Shown here: positions 56,745 through 64,000 of the stretch, piece after piece
Numbering within the stretch: the stretch's first letter is position 1
How the letters are laid out: the number at the start of each line of letters is the position of its first letter
Origin: a bacterium
Lineage (GTDB): Bacteria; Patescibacteriota; Saccharimonadia; Saccharimonadales; UBA4665
DNA: 64,000 nt
Reading direction: 5' to 3'
NCBI GenBank assembly: GCA_027448765.1
Contig: DAIDMV010000002.1
Location: forward strand, 366-64,365
Notes under the pieces: generated by a model
What the model was told of the DNA's origin: nothing
The model's database searches: none
The model's input: only the letters and a program-made list of their open reading frames with translations
Position numbers and translations under genes: made by a program

Positions 56745-57569
56745 ATGAATAAAAAAATAGTTAGATCCCATGGTTTTTCGCTAGGTTATGTTCTAGGCTT
56801 TATGGTGTTAATTGTAGTTATAATTTTTATCGGATACTATGTTTTTAAAAATACAAATAATCAACAAACTTCATCTACGACTCACAAAAACAATGTTGTT
56901 AGAGTGCAATGGGCGAGTTTTACAGATCAAAAGACTTCCTTGTCTTTTAGATATCCTACTAGTTGGAAATTAAACAAATTGAAAACTAATAGTAACGCTT
57001 CTGCTTCGAATACAATCTATGAAGCCTATAGTTTAGTGTCACCAAACAACAACGAACTATATATTTCTAATACTAATGTTGGCGGTAAGGGAGGCGCGGC
57101 TTCTAATTGTAGTGCGGCTGCTTTTTCCTTGAACGATCCTTGTGTTTCTCAAAAAGTTTATTCTGCTTTAAAGGTTGCTAATCCTTCTTATAATATTTTA
57201 TCGGCCTCTAATTTTTTGTATCACCTCAATCCATATATTCTAGAAGAAAAGTATAATCCTGGTCGACAAACTCATGATTATTTCCCTCTAGCTGGCTATA
57301 ATGGAATTGCGAGCTCTAACCAATTTAAGAATCTTAATTATCAGTCAAACACTAATAGTTATTTAATTTGTTATGAACCATATAATACAGGTTTATCGCC
57401 TACCCCTGGCGTTAGTCAATATCTATATTTAGGCTATCCTTGCAATTATGATGGCACTGGTTTGAGTGCAATTTACAGAGTTCAAAATAAGGCTAGTTTT
57501 CAATCGTCAAACGCAAAACTGGCAATTCAAGTCATGCAATCAATTAGTTTTAAACCTTCTACAAAGTAA
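56745..57569 (+). CDS. Membrane-anchored or secreted hypothetical protein
   Basis: N-terminal TM (LGYVLGFMVLIVVIIFIGYYVF) and a Cys-containing extracytoplasmic domain. The track ORF starts at GTG 56682; ATG 56745 (MNKKIV) is likelier. Confidence 0.6.
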   Translation: MNKKIVRSHGFSLGYVLGFMVLIVVIIFIGYYVFKNTNNQQTSSTTHKNNVVRVQWASFTDQKTSLSFRYPTSWKLNKLKTNSNASASNTIYEAYSLVSPNNNELYISNTNVGGKGGAASNCSAAAFSLNDPCVSQKVYSALKVANPSYNILSASNFLYHLNPYILEEKYNPGRQTHDYFPLAGYNGIASSNQFKNLNYQSNTNSYLICYEPYNTGLSPTPGVSQYLYLGYPCNYDGTGLSAIYRVQNKASFQSSNAKLAIQVMQSISFKPSTK

Positions 57570-57681
57570 GGGTGATTAGATTAATTAAATTAAAATCATA
57601 AGAGCATTTTAATGATATTGCTCGCAAGTTAGGTTACTGTCATCTATTAAATGAATACAATATTTTTGCCAGTGTTCAATA

Positions 57682-57710
57682 TTGACGTATTTATACTTAA
57701 GTACTATAAT
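57682..57710 (+). promoter_or_regulatory. Near-consensus sigma-70-type promoter of the 57739-59457 operon
   Basis: TTGACG (57682-57687), a 17-nt spacer, then TATAAT (57705-57710). A GGAG RBS lies 8 nt before ATG 57739. Confidence 0.7.
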
Positions 57711-57738
57711 ATAGTAATTAAGTAAATGGAGTTATGTT

Positions 57739-58335
57739 ATGGAACAACAAAGTCTTGAAGTGCAAGGGTCTATTTTGCCAATTTTAACAACCGGAGAATT
57801 GGATTGGAAAAGTGTTTATCAAATGGAAATATCTGAATCAGCTTTATTAGCGTTGGCTAAGAATGAATCAGATGATTGTCTGGGTGATGGTCGAGCTTTT
57901 CGTGCTATTAAATCCGGTTTTAATTTTGTTCAAACCTTACTTACCAAATCTGAACAAGTTCCGTCTAGCAATTGTCCTGTTAAAACTATGGGTGATGTCG
58001 TTGAATTGGTCGCTGTTTTTAGGGAGAATAATCCAAAACCTGAAACTGTTCAACATGTTTTAGATCAGGGACACGAAGTTACTAAAGTCGGCTTAATTAT
58101 TGAATCTAGTCGTGACCTTGGTATTAGTATTGATAATTTTTGTGCATTAGTTCAACTATATGCTGGAGATATTGATTATGCTAGGGATCAAGTCGAAAAA
58201 ATAGTAGATGCCATACCCGAAAATAAGCATAAGGTGAGACATGCTAGAGTTAATGATTTTATCGAAAGGCTTCGAGCAGGTGTGTTTGATGATGGTCAAG
58301 ATATAGAATTTGTTGACGAAGAGGTCGCTAATTAA
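57739..58335 (+). CDS. Acidic hypothetical protein (partner of the J-domain protein)
   Basis: 198 aa, soluble and acidic, with a C-terminal DDGQDIEFVDEEVAN. No family recognised. Confidence 0.65.
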   Translation: MEQQSLEVQGSILPILTTGELDWKSVYQMEISESALLALAKNESDDCLGDGRAFRAIKSGFNFVQTLLTKSEQVPSSNCPVKTMGDVVELVAVFRENNPKPETVQHVLDQGHEVTKVGLIIESSRDLGISIDNFCALVQLYAGDIDYARDQVEKIVDAIPENKHKVRHARVNDFIERLRAGVFDDGQDIEFVDEEVAN

Positions 58336-58341
58336 TTTACT

Positions 58342-59457
58342 ATGAGTCCTAAGAAAACCACCAATTCTTTCAGTGATGCCTTAGACGCCATAAATCGTGA
58401 GCGTAATCCCTTAGGAGCATTATTTTGTTCTCCAGAGTTGGTTAGGCGACTTAGCGATGAGGAAGCTTTAAAGATTGTGGTTAATGGTATATATAAGGCT
58501 TTGATGATGCAGTATCATCCAGATAGAGGTGTGACGAAAAATTCAACTAGCACGGATTTATTAACTGGTTTTCGGGCTGCTAAAGAAAAAATAGAGCAGG
58601 ATCCTTCAAAAGCTCGGCAAGAATTTTTATCTCTTCAAAAAACTAAAAAAAATGTTAAAACTGTGGATAAATCTATACTTGAACCAACAAGAGAAGTTTT
58701 ACCACGAAATTTTGTTCAAGAGTCTACAGCTAGCCGTTTATTCGAAGCCTTTATGTCTCGCGAAACAATTAAAGACATTGATTCGGCAAGAATTTTATTT
58801 CAGCCAATGCAATTAAAAGGTAAAGATCAATTATTATCAGTTCAGACTGACCGTGGAAAATCTAACCTAACATTGATGCAGTATGATAATAGCTTTGAGT
58901 TTAATCAGGAGCTTTTAGGGTATTTTAATGATATTGAAAACAAAATTGGACATCAGCCTGTCGCTCTATATGTTTCAAAAAAATCGGCTGATATTGTATC
59001 TCGCGATGGTCATTTAATTGGCATCGAAGGAGCTGAACTTAGACAATATGCCTTTGAAGAAGGTTGGTACCAAATTAAGGGTGAGAAAACTGCCAGCCGT
59101 GATTTTAGAAGTTTAATTCACTTTAAGCCCTTAGATCAAAAAACACAACCAATTCAATTATTTGGTAGTGTACCTCAAGATATTGAAAGAAAAAATGGAT
59201 TTAAAAAATTGGACGGTTATTACGATGATGCAGATATCGTTTATGGTTCATTATCGGGTCAAAATGTCGGTCAACGAACGATTCCGACTTGGGAGATTGA
59301 GTTGTTGATACCTAATAGTATGTTCACTGATATTTTAAACCAGGGTTCATTAAAGCCAATTTTTGAACCAACCGCCGCCACTATTGGAGAATTAAAAAAT
59401 GGACATAAATTAATTTTAGGTCAAGCAATTACTTCGGCAGTGACTTATAGAAAATAG
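58342..59457 (+). CDS. J-domain protein with an uncharacterised C-terminal domain of about 270 aa
   Basis: 371 aa. NPLGALF...SDEEALKIVVNGIYKALMMQYHPDRG...FRAAKEKIEQD follows the J-domain helix II / HPD / helix III pattern, with the HPD codons at 58516-58524. 6-nt gap from the upstream gene. Confidence 0.65.
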   Translation: MSPKKTTNSFSDALDAINRERNPLGALFCSPELVRRLSDEEALKIVVNGIYKALMMQYHPDRGVTKNSTSTDLLTGFRAAKEKIEQDPSKARQEFLSLQKTKKNVKTVDKSILEPTREVLPRNFVQESTASRLFEAFMSRETIKDIDSARILFQPMQLKGKDQLLSVQTDRGKSNLTLMQYDNSFEFNQELLGYFNDIENKIGHQPVALYVSKKSADIVSRDGHLIGIEGAELRQYAFEEGWYQIKGEKTASRDFRSLIHFKPLDQKTQPIQLFGSVPQDIERKNGFKKLDGYYDDADIVYGSLSGQNVGQRTIPTWEIELLIPNSMFTDILNQGSLKPIFEPTAATIGELKNGHKLILGQAITSAVTYRK

Positions 59458-59583
59458 ATTGATTGTAAACGCGATTAAGAATTTTATTTTAGTGTTAAGT
59501 TTTGCAAGAATTATCACAAAACTTGCGTCATACTACAAATCAATTTAAAATAAACATAATCATTAAAATAAAGGAATAAATCA

Positions 59584-60453
59584 GTGCTATCATCAAATTC
59601 TAACAATATCGCGCTAGGCCATAGTCCTGTAAGTAGTGGTTCAGCTGCCCTTGTAGCTATTATATTTGCCGTAGTATGTATTATTGTGTATTTTTTTACG
59701 GCTTTTGTCTTGAGTAAAATCTTTCATAAAGCAAATCGTAAAAAGAGCCTAGCCTATATTCCTGTTTATAATTATTGGATACTTTTTGAAATTGCTGGTT
59801 TACCTGGCTGGTTAGTTTTTTTATACATTTTATCAGTTATTCCGATAATTGGTTATTTGATTGCTTTTATTCTAGGAATAATTTTAGCAGTTAAACTAGC
59901 TAAAAAATTTAATAAATCAATGGTTTTTACTATCTTTGGTTTAATTATTTTTAACGTTGTCGGTTATCTAATGTTAGCATTTGGTAAAGCACAATATAAC
60001 ACTTCAGATGTTCCACCAACTGGCGGAGGCACTACACCCAATCAATTAGATCAAGCAACGACTCAGTCACCTCAGAACGACCTGTCTTCTAACATAATAA
60101 CCCCTAACATGAATGTAACTTCAGATGTTCCACCAGCCGTAGTAGCTGAACCCAATCAAGTTTATAGTGATTCACTGGTTAATCAGACGATACCAAACGT
60201 TGACGTGCCTGAAGCTGTAAATCCTATGTCAACTAATGATCCAGTAGTTATTTCCAATCCAATGGAATCATCAAATGCAGCGATTAATAATCAGCCTAGT
60301 GTAACAAATACTGATAACATGAATCAGGTCAATCCAACAGATAATCTAGCTCAGCCAGCCGAAGATAGCTCTTCTTCTAATAGTTCACCATCATTCCCTG
60401 CACCAGAAAATCAATCAACTGAAACTCAAGATTCATCTCAAAGTAATTTTTAA
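59584..60453 (+). CDS. Small polytopic membrane domain (DUF5684-like) with a long P/S/T/N-rich tail
   Basis: 289 aa. YIPVYNYWILFEIAGLPGW resembles the DUF5684 motif as I recall it. GTG start with AAGGA 9 nt upstream. Confidence 0.55.
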   Translation: MLSSNSNNIALGHSPVSSGSAALVAIIFAVVCIIVYFFTAFVLSKIFHKANRKKSLAYIPVYNYWILFEIAGLPGWLVFLYILSVIPIIGYLIAFILGIILAVKLAKKFNKSMVFTIFGLIIFNVVGYLMLAFGKAQYNTSDVPPTGGGTTPNQLDQATTQSPQNDLSSNIITPNMNVTSDVPPAVVAEPNQVYSDSLVNQTIPNVDVPEAVNPMSTNDPVVISNPMESSNAAINNQPSVTNTDNMNQVNPTDNLAQPAEDSSSSNSSPSFPAPENQSTETQDSSQSNF

Positions 60454-60676
60454 TTTTTATAAATTAATTAACCCTAAAATTGATTTTAATGAATTTTTTG
60501 AAATAATTAAATATCAAAATTTAGAGAATATTAGACGAGTTATATTGATATTTTATTATTTGTAATGAATCCGCACAAAAACATTTTTAACGATTTGGAT
60601 AGTTTGACGTTAAATTTTGATTCTAGAAACATTAGTGAACTTATTAGTTTAAAAGTGTTATAAACAAAAAAATAGA

Positions 60677-61450
60677 TTATAATTTTAGTAATTTTAATAT
60701 TATAAACCGTGGAATTTTATTTAAAATTTTAAATTTTTGTTCAGATATTTGTTCCATTTTTGGTAGTGGTTTAGGTTCAACAATATTGGCAATAACAAAT
60801 CCAGCATTAGTAGCTTCTTGACTGATTTCACCAATGGGTTTATGCCATGTTGTGATGGCGAAATCAGCCTCTCTCGGTAATGTTTTAGGGTTCATGTAGT
60901 CACCTTTAATTAAAACTTCATTGGTTTGTTTATTTTTTGAGTATGATATTTCTCGACTGTGTATTTGTTCGTTACGGTTAATTATTTCCATAGCCGTACT
61001 AACAGGATGATTACATGAAAATAAAAAATATGAATTAGGTTTTAAGATTCTATAGACCTCTTGAAACACTTTTGTCCAATTTTCTATATAATGAATGGCT
61101 AAACTTGAATAAGCAAAATCAAAACTTTGATTTTCAAAAATTAAATTTTCCATATTCATGACTTGAAACTGATATGTAGGATAGGTTTTTTTAGCCATTT
61201 TTATCATATTGGTCGATATATCGATTCCGGTAATTTGCTTGGCACCTTGTTGAGCTAAATAATCACAGTCCTCTCCACTACCACAACCTAAACTAATGAC
61301 AGACATATTTTTTAAATCGGGCAATAAATTATACATAGCTGGTTTTTCATAAAGTGAGTGATAAATAGAATCATCAGGATTACGAACGTGAGCAGTATAT
61401 TGTTTGTAATTTTGATTATACCAATCAATTGAAATCTTATCTGTTGACAT
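60677..61450 (-). CDS. Class I SAM-dependent methyltransferase
   Basis: Motif I is VISLGCGSGED, followed by DIS and an acidic loop. The track ORF starts at TTG 61486; ATG 61450 (MSTDK) is likelier. Confidence 0.8.
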   Translation of the reverse strand: MSTDKISIDWYNQNYKQYTAHVRNPDDSIYHSLYEKPAMYNLLPDLKNMSVISLGCGSGEDCDYLAQQGAKQITGIDISTNMIKMAKKTYPTYQFQVMNMENLIFENQSFDFAYSSLAIHYIENWTKVFQEVYRILKPNSYFLFSCNHPVSTAMEIINRNEQIHSREISYSKNKQTNEVLIKGDYMNPKTLPREADFAITTWHKPIGEISQEATNAGFVIANIVEPKPLPKMEQISEQKFKILNKIPRFIILKLLKL

Positions 61451-61613
61451 CGAAATTAGTTTAACAAAATTTATTAAAAATCTCAATTTAGGTCGTTGAA
61501 TATGATATATCCTTTGAAAACCAAGTTAATTACCAAACCAACAAATCAATTGACAGAGTTATGATTAATTATAAATCGAAAATAAAATGATCTAATGTTA
61601 GTCTATTGTTGAT

Positions 61614-62015
61614 ATGAAGACAGTGGCTAAAATAATTATTCGTGATAACAATTCTAAAATTCTTGTATTAACGCGAAGTAGTACTCATCCAATTTTTGCT
61701 AATCATTTAGATTTTCCTGGAGGCGAAGTAGAATTAAATGAAAACAACAAATTGGCAATAGTTCGTGAAGCCAAGGAAGAAACAGGATTAATTTTATCTT
61801 TAACAAAAATTAAAGTCTTGTTTAACAAAAAAATAAACGATGACCTGTTTTATATTCTTTATAGTTATTCATTAAATGAGAGTGACCCACGGTTAATCAT
61901 GAGTTGGGAGCATAGTTCATATCTATGGATTAATCAGGGTCAGTTATTAAAAGAGCCACTCCCGCCTAAGGTTGATCCTTATTATAAAAATGTCATAGAT
62001 TTTTTGAATAGTTAA
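61614..62015 (+). CDS. NUDIX hydrolase
   Basis: 133 aa with the canonical Nudix box GGEVELNENNKLAIVREAKEETGL. Confidence 0.85.
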   Translation: MKTVAKIIIRDNNSKILVLTRSSTHPIFANHLDFPGGEVELNENNKLAIVREAKEETGLILSLTKIKVLFNKKINDDLFYILYSYSLNESDPRLIMSWEHSSYLWINQGQLLKEPLPPKVDPYYKNVIDFLNS

Positions 62016-62297
62016 AAATTTCAATATAGCGAATATTTTATTTAACTCACTGTAATGTGGAATTGTGCATTTATTGCTTTTAGGTAGTTTTTTTATTTAT
62101 AAGATATCAAAAACTGCATATAAAATCTTAGAACAGAGTTTATTTTCTATATAATGTCAGGGTTGTCATTGGGTGTGGCTATAATGGTTTGCAAAGAGCG
62201 TGGGATTTTTGAGATTGCAGTCTGTCTAATTAATGGGTCCCATATAGTCTTTTAGTTGAGCTTTGTAGCTAATTTGGAGAAGCGTTGCACAATTAAT

Positions 62298-62447
62298 CTA
62301 GGACTTTCGTCTGCTTGCAAACAGGCTATAAATGAATAAAATAATTGCGATTATGAGGAGAATGTGAATCAATCCCCCACCTATATGAACCACAAAAAAC
62401 CCCAAAGCCCATAATATGACTAAAATAATGGCGATAGTTATTAACAT
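62298..62447 (-). CDS. lmo0937-family-like small membrane protein (49 aa, absent from the ORF track)
   Basis: The hand translation MLITIAIILVILWALGFFVVHIGGGLIHILLIIAIILFIYSLFASRRKS matches the LW.LGF....GG.IH.LL.IA pattern of that family. Confidence 0.6.
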   Translation of the reverse strand: MLITIAIILVILWALGFFVVHIGGGLIHILLIIAIILFIYSLFASRRKS

Positions 62448-62593
62448 AATAAACCTTTCACTGATTAATTTTGTGAAATGAAGCCCGGTTGCTGTAGTGA
62501 CATCTTTTGATGTTGCTTGTAGCCTAGTGACTCATTGTTTTTATAATAGTCCTTACTGCTTTGATGGTCTGTGTTCAAGATCACGAGACCTAG

Positions 62594-63248
62594 TTTTCTG
62601 TTATTGTCTGGCATTGGGTTGGTTATGAGTCTAGTTATACTTGGTCAGAGCTACTGCAACAGCTACCAGCCCCGACAATCGTAGTCTGTGATGGTCAGAA
62701 AGGCATACTACTAGCTATTGCTCGTTGTTGGTCGACTACCAAGGTCCAACGCTGTATAATTCCATGTCTGGCAGAACATTAGAACCAAGCTAACCCTGCA
62801 TCCCCAAACTGAAGCTGGGGTAGAACTATTACAACTCACCAAAGATTTACTGAAAGGTATTAAAACTAAAGAAGAAGCCAGTAAGTGGATCAGACAACTT
62901 AAAGCCTGGGAACAAACCTATGGTGATTTCATCAAGGAACGAACATATATATCTATTCCAGTCCCCAACCAAAGAAAATGGTGGTATACACACAGAGGGT
63001 TAAGATCAGCTTACAAACAGCTAGATAAACTAATTAAAGATAAACAGTTATTTACTTATCTAGAAACTGATCTTACTGAAGAATTAATCCCTAAAACTAC
63101 TAATTATGTAGAGGGTGGTATTAACTCTCAACTTAGAACCAAATTGAAGCTTCATAGAGGCATGAATGAAGAGCATCAAAGACGACTAGTTGACTGGTAT
63201 CTTTATAGCCGAACTAAAGACCAAAAACCAACACGAAATTTCCTATAA
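62594..63248 (+). pseudogene. 5'-truncated, frameshifted DDE transposase remnant (IS256/mutator-like motifs)
   Basis: Frame A (62594-62782) reads ...WSELLQQLPAPTIVVCDGQKGILLAIARCWSTTKVQRCII then stops. The +1 frame from about 62760 continues FHVWQNIRTKL...TNYVEGGINSQLRTKLKLHRGMNEEHQRRLVDWYLY to the stop at 63246-63248. The DG..G...A....W....QRC..H...N pattern is transposase-like. No start codon and no inverted repeats identified. Confidence 0.6.
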
Positions 63249-63465
63249 CTTCCATTAACAAATCTTCCTTAGCTACAGAATCATTATTAAGTATGGAAAT
63301 AGTCTTATCTTCTAGCAGCTTATTAAGTTCAATTAAATCTAAATTAGTATTAATATTTAAAGTTATATTAATGAAGTCAACGGTGAGCCAAATAGAACGT
63401 AACTGACGATTTATCCTATCCTCACCTCTGTTATTTTGATCTTTTTTAGCGGTTATATTAGTCAT
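63214..63465 (-). CDS. Hypothetical protein, possibly truncated by the adjacent IS remnant
   Basis: 83 aa. A strong RBS (AGGAGG) lies 6 nt before the ATG. The last 11 sense codons and the stop are antisense to the transposase remnant. Confidence 0.45.
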   Translation of the reverse strand: MTNITAKKDQNNRGEDRINRQLRSIWLTVDFINITLNINTNLDLIELNKLLEDKTISILNNDSVAKEDLLMEVIGNFVLVFGL

Positions 63466-63758
63466 TTTATGCCTCCTAGCAAATTATTAGTTTTGATAAC
63501 ATTTTGAGCAGTAATTTTTGCGAAATTAGTATATTCAACAGATATAAATTCTTGTTCATAAGTAATCCGGCTGAAAAGTTTGCTTATTATTAGCCGTAGG
63601 CTATGAAATCAACACAATAAATAGTACAATACAGTAGTCATATTAGATATAATTTAGATCTGCTGAATGTCAATTTTGAATTTTGGCAAAGAACTATATT
63701 TACAACTTCTAGAAACACCCTGCAATAGTGATAATTTTTAATACATACAGGAGCAGCA

Positions 63759-64000
63759 ATGGTTACAGAAAGATTTAAAGATATAACGCTTCCATTAACA
63801 GGATTTAGGGACTCCGTTGGTCACGAGGTAAGGATCATGCGTTTTCTACAGACCACATATGCGGATTTATTTACCAAGAGTGGTTACGAGGAAATAATGG
63901 TGCCAATTGTTGAGCGAGCTAGTAGCTTTAGCGAGGAAGTTATAGGTGGTTCGCCTTGGCCAGAATGGGATAAGCGTGGGGTTTTCTATCTCCATCTACA
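63759..64000 (+). CDS. Class II aaRS-like (HisRS/HisZ-like) protein, N-terminal fragment (runs off the window)
   Basis: An AGGAG RBS precedes MVTERF.DITLPLTGFRDSVGHEVRIMRFLQTTYADLFTKSGYEEIMVPIVERASSF, which follows the HisRS/HisZ N-terminal pattern (P.G.RD ... GY.EI..P..E....F). Visibly more G+C-rich than the rest of the window. Confidence 0.5.
   Translation, partial: MVTERFKDITLPLTGFRDSVGHEVRIMRFLQTTYADLFTKSGYEEIMVPIVERASSFSEEVIGGSPWPEWDKRGVFYLHL

Noticed and set aside
59491-59518. Inverted repeat AAGTTTTG-N12-CAAAACTT downstream of the J-domain gene, considered as a possible terminator.
   Set aside because: The loop is long and no U-tract follows. The repeat overlaps a plausible promoter for the next gene (TTGCGT-17-TAAAAT). 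This is not enough to call either a terminator or an operator.
60565-60663. 32-aa plus-strand ORF (MNPHKNIFNDLDSLTLNFDSRNISELISLKVL) in the 223-bp spacer after the DUF5684-like gene.
   Set aside because: It has no Shine-Dalgarno sequence, no hydrophobic or recognisable motif, and is easily produced by chance in AT-rich sequence.
143-61486. Non-ATG starts proposed by the ORF track (GTG 143, GTG 6071, TTG 32977, TTG 45787, TTG 47067, GTG 56682, TTG 61486) and the long pgl start at 24690.
   Set aside because: In each case an in-frame ATG a few to 22 codons downstream gives a more typical N-terminus or removes an implausible overlap, so the shorter models are preferred. The GTG starts at 6702 and 59584 were kept, because they give operon coupling or have an RBS and no nearby ATG alternative.
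1-64000. CRISPR arrays, rRNA genes, tmRNA, RNase P or SRP RNAs, group II introns, and intact IS elements or integrases.
   Set aside because: No regularly spaced direct repeats with unique spacers were seen. The only tandem repeats are the in-frame 24-bp coding repeat and the 15-nt duplication. No long non-coding stretch with rRNA-like or ribozyme-like conserved sequence was seen. The only transposase is a truncated, frameshifted remnant. The scan was visual, so short or degenerate elements could have been missed.

Overview
This is a gene-dense, AT-rich window, by eye about one-third G+C (not computed). It uses the standard genetic code and has many 1-8 nt gene overlaps. The gene content fits a reduced-genome, monoderm-type bacterium of the Patescibacteria/CPR kind, possibly Saccharibacteria-like; that placement is inference from gene content, with no marker phylogeny.

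Housekeeping genes:
- Aminoacyl-tRNA synthetases gltX, ileS and argS.
- pyrH, xth and a photolyase.
- An oxidative pentose-phosphate operon (pgl-gnd-zwf), plus pgi and pyk.
- tRNA-Leu(CAA) and tRNA-Ser(GGA).

Accessory content:
1. A compact Gram-positive-type type IV secretion-like operon at 1038-5903: pilin-like gene, pilin/VirB6-like gene, PrgI/VirB3-like gene, VirB4 split into two ORFs, and a CHAP hydrolase.
2. A translationally coupled lipid head-group operon at 6077-7903: CDP-alcohol phosphatidyltransferase, PHP phosphoesterase, and an archaeal-type CarS-like cytidylyltransferase.
3. A histidine kinase with receiver-only response regulators.
4. A sortase and a PEGA-domain protein.
5. A protein-glycosylation neighbourhood at 29280-35849: a Ppm1-like GT2, a PMT-like GT-C with an FDExxHF motif, a flippase-like protein and a PIG-V-like GT-C. 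It sits beside an Asn/Ser/Thr-rich surface protein carrying a 24-bp x6 tandem repeat.
6. A UmuC-like Y-family polymerase coupled to an 83-aa ORF.
7. A candidate T-box leader in front of ileS.
8. A divergent MMPL/TetR pair.
9. A strongly promoted two-gene envelope module that includes a LysM plus phage-tail-lysozyme protein.
10. A strongly promoted two-gene operon of unknown function whose second protein starts with a J-domain (HPD motif).
11. A decayed mobile-element zone at the 3' end: a frameshifted, 5'-truncated DDE transposase, a sub-threshold lmo0937-like ORF, and a partial HisRS/HisZ-like gene.

I saw no CRISPR array, rRNA or intact IS. All motif coordinates were counted by hand and no database search was run.
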